Source: Lobosporangium transversale (Eukaryota). Taken from it: a stretch of 64,000 nt of DNA. Every line of letters starts with the position of its first letter. Position 1 is the first letter of the stretch. The DNA lies in assembly GCF_002105155.1 (NCBI RefSeq), contig NW_019029008.1, positions 248,001-312,000 on the forward strand. The letters run 5' to 3'. A program made the position numbers and the translations under genes. The notes under the pieces are model-generated. The model did no database searches. It saw only the letters and a program-made list of their open reading frames with translations, and was not told the DNA's origin. Shown here piece by piece: positions 53,087 through 64,000 of this stretch.

Positions 53087-56000
53087 ATGCCCTTCTCCGA
53101 GGTTTACTCCACAGTTTCGCGCTGGGCCCTATTCTTCTCCATTATCTTTCCTCCAGTACATGCTCTCGGGCTTGAGACTTCCGCCTCCTCCCCGAGTCCC
53201 AACCACGATTGTCCCCACTATCACCATAAAATAGGCCTCCATCGCTTCAGCTCTGCGTATTCGTTGATAGTCTATCTTGACCCGACTCATGCCTCTTGCT
53301 TACCTTTGTCAGCTGCATTCCCCTATGTATTGAATGAAGACCGAGACAAGCAATTGTTACCATTGCGGACGCGTTCCTCTAGTGTTATTGAAAATGTTGT
53401 TAGTCAATCTTTGATTAGCTCTCCGTCACGACGCAAGAAAACTATCAATCGTTGCCAACGTCTCCCATGTAAGGAGTCAGTCGCATCACACCCATCATCA
53501 GCACAACTACAGCATTATCACCAACGACATCATTGTTACTGCCAGAGACAGAGAAAGGAAAACGGAAGAGAGACAGAGGAAATGAATAGGGATCAGGCTC
53601 CGACTGCTACGCATCAGCATCAACCTAAGGACAAAAAAGAGCATTTTCCAATTTCGGCTAATTTTTCTCCTAATTGTCACTGGGATACGAACTCAGCCCA
53701 GGATCAACATCAAAAGTACTGCATTAGTGTGCTCACAGATACATCAACAGATATGATCACAACCCCAGTTTATAGTCGAGAGCACCCTCATCAGAAGAGA
53801 AAGATGTCTGACAATAATATCAGAAGAATCAATGTGAGGATGGAGCAGGGTAAACTAACAATGACTAGATCCTTCCTCCATCAGTTTCTGAGTCCACCGT
53901 CATTATCTGCTATGAAACCATCTCAGAATCAAAGTCGGCAGCAAGGACGGATGACCTGGCTGGATGTTTTTTTAGACAAGAATCCATCTTTTGTCTCGCC
54001 TCAGCAAGAACGTACGGTGAATCCAGCACAGAGCTCGAAGCATGTTACTCGATATTGTCAAGATGAAGAAAATGGCCGTAGGGTTGATTCAGATATTTTC
54101 CGGCAGGACCGTCCATTCAGTTCAAGTCATAATGCTTTTCCACTCGTTGTAAGTGATGCCATCTTGCATGAATACACATTTCCCTCCCCCCTCTCGTGAC
54201 TAGGTGTCTCTTTTCCTTGTATCTAGTAATAGTGTAAAATACATTAATTGGTGGGATCAAAGGAGATCTTTCTTCTCATAAGGGCTTACCAAACAAGACA
54301 CGCACACAAAGGGGGATATTGGAAGAGAAGCCGGTATCCTTCCAATTACTTCGGATTTGAACATTCTCCCATCCTTCTTTCATTCTTAAACCTCCTAGCC
54401 CTCTTATGTTTTGAAGGAGTCACGTTCACTTTTTTTTTTTTACTGTCTTGGAAACCAGATTGCAGATTTTTTTTTGTCATGCGCAGATTGTTGCACAAAA
54501 GCGCAGTGGTAATTCCCCACAAGTAAACAAAAAAATTTCCGGAGTTATTTTTTATTGCGCCTTTTTTTTATTTTTTTAATTTTTTGTGAGCAGTTGTGCT
54601 GGTGATATGACGTTATTAACTGACGATCAAAGATACAGCACAGAACCCGTTGCAATTGATGGCTAAAAAAAGAAAAAAACTTATTTTGATTAGGGTACCT
54701 CTCTTCAATCATGTCCCCAGCATTCAGATTCAAAGCGACGGATAGAGCGAAGGGATAGTGCTCATTATAAAGACTGGGACTCAGAGGTTCTGGTTTCTTC
54801 AGTGCCTTTGATCAATACTTTCAACCGAGTACTTGTCCAACTAGGCTTACGTCCAACTGCTGGAACAGAGTCGAATCTACTTCATGGGTCAGCCAACAAG
54901 GTTATTAGTTCGTTACCTTCATGGCGTGTTCAACCTCATGCGGATCGCATGGCTCCAGAAGCCGTGTCGGTCAAGGATGGTCAGAAAGAAGCGAAAGGAA
55001 TGGCCTCGACACCGTTTTCGCCTCTTTATACTTCATCACTCTTGAAGCAACAAAAAGCCATCTTCACTACCACTGCTACCAGAACCACGAAACACTCTGA
55101 GAATGTCAAAATGGATGCTGAAGCAAAAAGAGAAATGAAAGGCGAAGGTCCAGAAGTAAAAGCAGGTACAGAAGATACCTGTGAACCCGATGGGCCCACG
55201 ATGTTTACTGTACCCACACAAGGACCAAATCTGCTCCTCAATAAGCAGATCACTATGGATCGTGTGTTTGTTCATTGTAAAAGTAGTGGTACCGACAATA
55301 GTAACGGCAATGGTATCCAGACTTACACTCGGCGTGTTGTGCGGCGAATTTCTTCCTTTTCGCCTTCAAAGTTTGCACAGGATGCCACGATCTTGGCCCA
55401 AGATGACAGTATGGCAGGAAAACTGGCCATGGTGGTGATGAGCACTGTCTGTGGAGTAGGTGTTGGGATGTTTGGTGCTCTGCTTTTTGTAGTAGCGCTC
55501 AAAGTTCGACTCTTTCAGGTCCGTCGACGTGAAAGACAGCAAAGAGATAACGGAGGGGAGCTTAATGCGCATGCGGCAGCAGCAGAACAGCAGCAGCAAT
55601 TGATGCATGGGTATGGATACAAACGTGTTATTCCAAAAGGCTTCCTTGATAGCCTTGGTATCCAGACTGTCCTCCACACCTCGACTACCACAATGACGAC
55701 CACCACCCTTGTGTCCCAGCTAGAAATAAGAAATGCGAAGTTTGTGAAGGCCAAACTGGGATTTGCAGAGAACGTGATTGAGATGGAGGAAGGCTTTGAG
55801 GATATGGTGACGCGCCACAATGCGCGACGAGAGCGAATGAGGACTCGGACAAACCATCTTTTCGTCCAAGAGGAAGGAGGTGCGTCGACTATTAGCACCA
55901 CTTCACTCATGCCCACCTCGGTATCGTCTGCGATATCTCTATCGGTTTTACATCCAACCGATGATCTGACCAGCAGCAGCGGTACAAGTAGTGGCGCCAA

Positions 56001-56313
56001 CAATATTGCGTCTTCTACCATGTTTAATGAGGATAAAGATCGGATACATGACATAGGCAAATCGCATGATGATGAAGGAGAAGGAGGTGGAGAAGGCATT
56101 GATGTCAAAGAGAAAAGTAAGCTTCCATTTGCGAATGCAAATGCACAGACAATGTGTTCGATCTGCTTGGGGGATTATGAAGTTGGAGATCAAGTGCGAA
56201 CACTGCCATGCTACCATCGGTACCACGTGGCATGCATTGATCCATGGTTGTTACAGGTTGCATCACTATGTCCTATCTGCAAGCAAGATCTGTGGCCTGG
56301 ACATTCGTCCTAG
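53087..56313 (+). CDS. Putative signal peptide-TM-RING-H2 E3 ubiquitin ligase (proposed exons 53087-54148, 54283-54333, 54694-56313)
   Basis: C-terminal RING-H2 CSICLGDYEVGDQVRTLPCYHRYHVACIDPWLLQVASLCPICK and a TM segment LAMVVMSTVCGVGVGMFGALLFVVAL are solid. Joining to the upstream 386-aa ORF through phase-0 GT-AG introns is inferred. Confidence 0.7.
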
Positions 56314-57119
56314 TAAACTGCTTTGAGCTAGCTGTAGTTTTTGCAGTGATGTCCAACATTACTTATCACATCCATCCATTTGATGCATCTGGTGCATTTG
56401 ATGGAGAATTTTTTTTATATTTTATTTCCGACTGCTCAGATGAGTTCATGAAGCTGAAATATGAACCATGTACCAGTAAAAAAAGCCAATCAAAAACCTT
56501 TGACTGGTATGTGGAGCAAAAACACACGAGTGCATATTTTTATTCATACCTTAATTTTATCTACTAGTCAATATCGATCTCCTTGCGTTTCTGTTGGTTC
56601 AATCAGAATTCTGCGCTTTTTTTTTTTAGGATTCACTTCCATCTTTCTCCCCCTGTCCTTCATCGTCCGCCTGCCATTCTCTTCCATCTCATCTGCTCCT
56701 TTTTCTTCTGCCTTCAACTTCTTTAAACATATTTATAGCGCAAGCCAACCTTGTTGCATACAACTCCATTCAGGGCTCTTTTTTTATTTATTTATTTCAT
56801 TCCTCTTTGCATTCCATCCCCATCCTTTCCAAAGGCAATCAAACTTTTTTTTTTTTGTTTTTTTCTCGTAACTTTGACTTCAATCTCATCCCACCTTTTA
56901 TCCCACCCTTTATCACATCCTTCGCTGCCATTTCACTCTCTATCTGTCATTATTAATTCTTGAGGTCAAGAAGCAGACCATTGCCACTTTATCTTACTAC
57001 TTCAACAACAAAAGCAACAGCAACGGACTTCAGTAGCAGCAGCAGTAGAGGCGGGCATCAATACTAATAACAAATAATTACAATAATAATAATATAATAA
57101 TAATTAAAGTCCTCGAATC

Positions 57120-59059
57120 ATGCCTTTAAACGACTACCGTGTCTCCACCATTGTGATCCTTTGCAAGGACTGTGGTAATGATGTCGGAAACTATCCTGGT
57201 CTTCACAAATGTCCTCCTCCACCTGCCATGCCTGCCATGCCTGCCATCCCCTCCAAATACCAACAGCAATCATCCCCAACATCACCGTCATCACCATCAG
57301 GTCTGAACGGAAGAGGAACAGGAGGAGGAGCCAATAGTAATTCATATGGCTCTTATGGTAGTGGAACCAAAACCCCTACTTCATTTCAAGAAAGGATGAA
57401 CGGATCCTCAGCACGGACACCGACAGCATCTTCTTTTCAAGAACGGATGCGGGAACGAGATCGAGAAAAGCAACAACGTGAACGTGAAGAACGAGAGGCT
57501 GCTGCAAGGGCTGTTCGTGAAGGTAAATCAATTCAGACTGTCATTCAAGAAGTTTGATGTTGCACTTACTTTTGATTGGATTTTAGCTTAGCCTTTTTTT
57601 TTTTTTGTTTCATTGTCTTATAATTAACAGATACCCGGGCAGAATCAGGTGGATCATCAACAGCTGCCCCAGCACCAGCGTCGGGAGCAGGGTCGACATT
57701 ATGGAGTAGATTAAAAGCTGCCAAGGAGGTCATCAATGCCACCATCACTGGAGAGGAGAAATGGCCAGGTACGTATATATTTTTATATATTTTTATATTT
57801 ATAGATGTATATTATATTTGATTGTTTTCAAGGAAGAGAAAGGGGTTGTAGAGCAAAAAAAAAAAAAAAAAAAAAAAAAGGGCATGGGAATGATAGAGAA
57901 TTTACAGTCTTTGAAACATCCAACTGATAAAGCTTGGTGAAAGGAGTGTTGAATGTTATTTAACAAAATGGAGAGCTTAAACACCACCATCTAACACTCA
58001 CTCGTTCTTTCTCTCTCTTTCTATTTAAACTTGTATTTTGCAGAATCTGATGATTCGGATTATGAAGGTGAAACGCACGTGCATCGTGTGATACGCGAAT
58101 ATGCTGACAAAAAAGAGGAGGCAGAGCTTGCAGCCAAGATTGCAGAACTGGAGATGATGCCTGTTGATGAGATACCAGCTTCAGCCACGAAATCAGGCGG
58201 AAGAAATGAGTATCGCCGAAAGGATGCAGCGCCTTCAACAATGTCATCCACATCTTCATCCTCAAATGAACGTGACGATTATTATGGTCGGTCACTTCGA
58301 GCTAGAGGCGAGGCTCAGGATGAGAGATCTAGGTCACCATATGCAAGTAAAAGCTCAGGAGGGGGTCCATCTTCTTCGTTAGATAGTCGATACAAGACCA
58401 CAAGTGATGCAAGTCGAGACGATGCATTAAGTCGGCTGGAGGGCAAATCTCAAGGCGATAAACTAGCAACTCAGGTCAGTCACCTTGGAAGCACCACTCC
58501 TAGAGGAAGGGCCAACTCTCCAAATGTTGGATATCGATCACAAGATCCAGCACCTTCATCACCAACTTCCCCTAATAGCAACAATAATAACGGTTATGGT
58601 CAAGCTGGGCATTACAACAGCCATTCGGCTTCTTCATCACCATCACCTTCACAACGGCGATACGATTCACCATCCCCTGCACCTCCATCAACATCATCAT
58701 CCCGACCACGGTATCAAGGACAGGCCCCTGTCTCACCATCGTATGGAAATACTAACTATCGTCAGCCACAGCCCGGTCCACCTCCAGCGTCTAGAGGGGA
58801 TGCCTATGCAGGAAGTCGCCCTCGTGGACCGGATCCATCATACGGTGGAAGCGGAGGAAACTATGGAAGACCAGATTATGACCGGAAGCCGGCCTACCCA
58901 CCGAATGGTGGCTATAGTGGTGGAGGTGGTGGAAATAATATGGGTGCATATGGACAAAGACAACAGCAACAACATTATCAACAGCAATACCCTCAACAAC
59001 AGTATCAACACCCACAGCCGCGTCATCCTTATGGTGGCTCGCAGGGCAATTACTTTTAA
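57120..59059 (+). CDS. Low-complexity protein with N-terminal CxxC...HxC zinc-binding motif and an Mso1 Sec1-binding-like segment (3 exons)
   Basis: LCKDCGNDVGNYPGLHKC; LWSRLKAAK...WP|ESDDSDYEGETHVHRVIREY loosely resembles the Mso1 Sec1-binding region; G/Y/Q/P-rich tail. Confidence 0.55.
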
Positions 59060-59126
59060 TAAACTTTCTGAACATACTATAACCAGTTTTCTTTTTAAGC
59101 TATTTGTTTTATAAAATTTTGTACAT

Positions 59127-59157
<31 letters not shown>

Positions 59158-59170
59158 CTTAGTGTTGGGT

Positions 59171-59229
59171 TTAGTGTCCAGAGGGTCTCTGTTGCTGCTG
59201 CGAGTAGTGTTGATGATGTTGATGGTGCT

Positions 59230-59260
<31 letters not shown>

Positions 59261-62200
59261 ATGCTGCTGCAGACCCTGAGATGGTGGTACAATAGATGAA
59301 ATAGGGCCAGTTGGGATACTTCCAACAGGTGAGGAAGGTGGACCTGGGGATGTCGGTGACGACCCTGACGATGTTGATGATGCTTGGGCATTTTGCTTGG
59401 CCATCATGAGCAATGCTGAAGTGGGAATAAATCCTGTTGGGGACGAAATCGTTGGAGACAGTAATGGTGGAGCCATGGATGATGATCCGAACGTCGAGAT
59501 GATCGGCTTGGGTGCTCCAGAAAGGGGTCCAGCCCCACTTCCTATCAATCCACCTACATTATTGGCACCAGGACTTCCTGCATTACCACCTATAACTCCT
59601 CTCGCTGTACTGCTGACAATATTCGCATAAGAATCAGCTCCACTGTCATCTATCCTTGATTTGTCATTGGAGCTCATGAACATGGGTCCTGTGATCCGAT
59701 TAAGCTCCTCTTGTTCTTTCGGTGTCAATATTTGTTGTTTTTGCTTTTGCAACAACACCTGAACACGCGTTTGTTGTTGACTTTGTTGACTTTGTTGCTG
59801 TTGCTGATGCTGCTGTTGTTGTTGTCGATTCCTCTCTCTGTGATGCTCCATCAATATGGCAGATGATGGCTGTTTTGATGGTGTATTGCCTGTTATAGAA
59901 GACGATGGTGACACTAAGCCTGATGATGCTGGAGTCACAGTCATTCCAGAGACTGGAGTGGTTAAAGGTGAAGGACTGGACCCTGGGATGGAGCCAGGAG
60001 TTGTCTGCATCTGTATCCTTTGTGAAGTCCCTTGCTGAGCCATAGGTCCATGATGGGATGATGATGGTGATCCCGGCATAACTGCGGATCCTTGCGGATT
60101 GTAACCAGAAAGTCTCTGATTTGTATAGATATTCGGAGGACTATAATGCTGTGATGACGGCTGCGGAGGTTGCTGCTGTGCTTGCGACTGTTGCTGAGAT
60201 GAAGGCTGCTGACTTTGTTGATGATGAGAGGTGTAAGATATTGGTGCGGAAGAGAAGTTGTGATTTTGTGACGCCACTGGTGACCGATAGCCTTGCTGTT
60301 GTTGTTGTTGCTGAGGATGATGGGCTGTGGTTGCTGCAGGGACTGAAGCAGCTGATGCTGGTGCACTTGTGCCAGACGAAGGGCTTATTGGAGACCCTAC
60401 AGATATGGAGGATCCCTGTCGATGGTGTGTCATAGACTGATTACCAGAAGACGGCTGTCGATAATGGCTAGATTGTTGCATATGCGGCGACTGATGCTGC
60501 TGACGTTGCTGTGATGGGTACGATTGAGGGTTGTTTCCATGAGTGCCCAGCCCTGTTGTCTTGTTCATAATAGATCCAGAGGCACCAGGTGAAGCTTTGT
60601 TGCCGAGCCCACCACCACCACTGCTACTGTTATTATTGACGCTGATAGTGCTGCTGGAATCGTTCGTGCCATTCGTAGTCTGATCGTAAGATCGTGATGT
60701 CATAGCCATTCTTCCTGATGATTGAGTTGAATAGTCGGATGTGTGCATTTGCTGTTGTTGATGCTGGTGCAATGAATGATGGTGCCGCTGGGATAGAGTT
60801 TGTGAAGAAGGTTGTGATGGAGGTTGTGGTGACAAACCATGACTTAGCGAACGCTGCTGCTGGGGTTGTTGCGATTGTTGAGCTTGTTGCTGTTGCTGCT
60901 GCTGTTCGTGATTTTGAACCGCGGAGCGATAGTCTTTAGAAACACCCTGTGCATGTGGACTTGAATTGATAGACTATTAATAAAACAAAGTGACATTTGT
61001 GATTAGCTGATTTTACAAGCACAAAATGTGTTATCCACCATCTTTTACCAAAACCTATGAACTTACAGGCTTCGGCCAATACGCAGCCGCATCGCTCGAG
61101 GGAGCTTTAACTTGATGTACTGACGACTGTTGCTCGTGCGGATGAGAGGTTTGTGATGGATGTTGGTGTTGCTGATTATGATGTACATGCTGTGGCTGTG
61201 GTGGTGGTTGTGTTTGGGGTTGTTGAGGTTGTTGAGACTGGGGGGACTGTTGAGGCTGGGGCTGTTGAGGCTGCTGTTGATCCCTAGGAGATTGGTGTTG
61301 TGATTGCTGATGGCTTTGAGAAGGAGGCTGTGCCTTGGGGCTAGATGCTCGTTCATCACTGACGATCGTATCCTGTTGGCGTGCTGGGACAGATGCAAGC
61401 TGTTGGTACTGACTACCTCCAGAAGTTACTGCGGGGCTATCTTGGATAGGCTTATCGCTGCTAGAACTAGAATTTTGAGTCGATATCTGTCCAGCATCAG
61501 TCTTGGCTCTGCTCTCTACAGTGGTTGGCGACGAAGTAGCACCTCGCCCTTGGGCCTCTTTAGCAGGCTTTTTTGGCTCCATATCTTTTGAACCAGCCTT
61601 TGACCCATCTAAACTATTGCTTGACGTACGTCCACCTGTATTTGCAAGGCTTGCTGGATGAGATCCCGCAGTCATCATGATTTTGGTCTTAACGCTCTTG
61701 GCACGTACGCGATTATAACACTGATACCAAGTTCTGGTTTCAACCATCTTTGCGATTTGCTGCCATGAGTTTCCAAATGTGTGATAAGCCTCCACAAGCT
61801 TCTCATCCTCTTCAGCTGTCCACGGTTGTCGATTAATGCGTGGATCCAAATCTGTCTGCCATTTCTGCATACACTGCTTAGCATTTCGCCCAGGTACTTT
61901 CATAGCAACAGCATGCCAATTTTCGCTTGAAAGGTCTCGAACAGCCTCCAAAAGAATTTCTTCTTCTTGACTAGTCCAGGTTCCCTTCTTAAGTTTGTCC
62001 TCGGATTTGTCAGTATAAAGAGGTCCGCCAGACCCCACATGAGGACTCTGAGAACCACTTGAACCAGTAGCCTGGATGGGTGTTGCCTGTATATTCTTAG
62101 ACTTTCTACCCATAACCTGTGTATTGATGGCTCCGGGTTTCTGGCTTTGTCCTTTGGATCCTGCGTCTCCCTCAACTCCAGAAGTTTGGCTTTCTGAATT

Positions 62201-63631
62201 GGGCCTAATGCTGCGTTGACTGGGGGCTCCAGGTTGACCACTGTTCTCATTGTCACCTTGTTCTGATGGAGGGATCCATCCATGCAAAGGTTTAGGCCGA
62301 TCAAACCCAGCGCTGTCTCCTGATGACGATTGGCCTAGCGTTGATGAGAGCGGCTTTCCAGACTGTACTAGTGTGATCTTGAAAGGGCGACCACGCACGA
62401 TCACACTACTTCCAGATTCTGTGCCATCTTTTTCTTTAGATGTCTCTCCGGATGCTAATCGTTGTTCCTCAGCCTCACGTTGAAGGCGAAGTTTGTTGGC
62501 CTGCTTAAGTTTCTTCCGAGCGAGACGACGTTCTATCCGAGATAATTTCCGTTGCTGGTCATCATCATCGCCATCATTATCACCGTCCTTAATTCTATGC
62601 CTTGGCTCTGCTTCCCTGCTCGCTGTGGGCGATTCAGGCTCCATAGAATACCGTCCTGCGGTATCCCCGCTTGGCAGTGAAGGTGAGTCAATATCATGTC
62701 GAGATCTCTTCAAGAGTCGCCCATCATGCATGCTGCCGGGTAACCTTTGAGGGGAAGATTCTAAATCCCGTGAGCTTCTACGCTTACTAGATTTTGTCCC
62801 ATGGCGATAGCTTCGATAATGCCGTTCACGATCCCGGGAACGTCGTTGCTCTGAAAATACTCCGCTTTCTGCTGGATACTGTGCAGGTAAGGGATGCTCA
62901 TATGGATAGGGGTAAGGATAGTAATAATGATGTGGGAGATGCGAGGAAGGTGTAGGATCCCAAGGCTTCTGTCGTTGGAAAGCAGGGAAAAGAGCGTGTC
63001 TTGCAGGCAATATTTTGAACTTTGGATCGGATTCGTAGGCCTCATCGTCGCTGATATCCAGTGGCGGCTCAAGGTCGACAGCAAACCAAGTATTGTCTTG
63101 ATAAAATGTGAACGCTTTTTTATTCATATCCAGGGCAGACTTCCGAACTTCAAGTTCTAGAGCAAGATGATCGGTAGCGGATGAAAAGGCGAAGAGCACT
63201 TGAGCAGTTTTGAGTGGCGAGAGCGAGACCAGGAACTTGAGCTGCTCATAAAGATCTAACAAATCTTGGTCCAACATGATGTCATCTAATTGTGGGCGAA
63301 AAATTGCACAAGGATGTTTTTGCTGTGATAATTCACTGTCGTCCTCAAAAATATCCTCAATGTCTGATTGTGATGATTTTATTAGCCGCTGTTCATCTGT
63401 TACTCCATTAACCCCGCTCGAATGCTTTATTGAGTCCTTTTGTTCCGTCGTCAAAGCGTTTGGAGATGCAGATTTGAGGTTGATTTTGACGATGGTCGAG
63501 GCAGGATTAGAAGATATCTTTGGCGATGCCATTGGCTGGTCAACGACTTCTGAGGTATCAGGAATGACTAGTTCGCTTACAGGAGCGTCTGATGTAACCT
63601 CCATCATCGCCTGCTGGTCTACGACAGCCAT
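59171..63631 (-). CDS. Myb-family DNA-binding protein with two Myb repeats and a long Q/S/H-rich tail (exons 63631-61067, 60973-59171)
   Basis: KKGTWTSQEEEILLEAV...NWHAVAMKVPGRNAKQCMQKW...LDPRINRQPWTAEEDEKLVEAYHTFGNSWQQIAKMVETRT; a phase-0 GTAAGT...TAG intron joins the two long ORFs. Confidence 0.9.
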
Positions 63632-64000
63632 TCGTCGCTTGTATGTTGTGAAATTACAGAAAATACAGAAATTACAGTGTCCTGAAAGTTATGCCCCCTT
63701 TTCCACCTGCCACTTTAAATATTTTGTCAATATATACTTGTGTCGTATCACTAGGAGGTCACTTCAGAGAGCAAGGTTGCTGAAACTAAAGTGCAAACAG
63801 GCCAAGGAATAGAGAGTTTTAGCCATTAGCATCTTGGGCCACTCTCGAATGATTACGCATCTAAGGAGAAAGCAGGCGTAGTTTGATGCCTCTCCGAACA
63901 ACGAAGAGAATGTCGGTAGGGATGCGACATTTGCATTTTACTACAAAAAATGAATGATGCTTACCGAGAAGGTTGAATAATTGCCTAATAATAAATAATG

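Overview
Eukaryotic, intron-rich genomic DNA, most likely from an early-diverging fungus (Mucoromycota/Mortierellaceae-like). This placement is inferred from gene content, GT-AG introns and very frequent long poly-A/poly-T tracts. The window has two compartments. (1) An accessory, repeat-rich island at about 1-12.1 kb. It is dominated by a ~2.9 kb inverted duplication (868-3791 / 7187-10099) carrying two head-to-head Crinkler (CRN)-type genes, each with an N-terminal CRN ubiquitin-like domain, a P-loop NTPase and a restriction-endonuclease-like domain. The two copies are a mosaic of identical blocks and a block rich in amino-acid changes (37 replacement vs 5 silent codon differences by my manual count). 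The island also holds a decayed third CRN fragment, a MITE-like element in the spacer and a decayed chromodomain-bearing Ty3/gypsy pol fragment. (2) An ordinary gene-dense region at about 12.2-64 kb. It contains a GHKL/DUF3684-like protein, UVSSA, a secreted/GPI protein, a Ste20/PAK kinase, a thiolase, taspase-1, an ALDH3 with a micro-exon-encoded PTS1, two F-box genes, a CorA/Alr1-type Mg2+ transporter, a TM-RING-H2 ligase, an Mso1-like protein and a Myb protein. I recognised no rRNA, tRNA or CRISPR array. All family calls are motif recognition by eye and all exon models are manual; no database searches were run.
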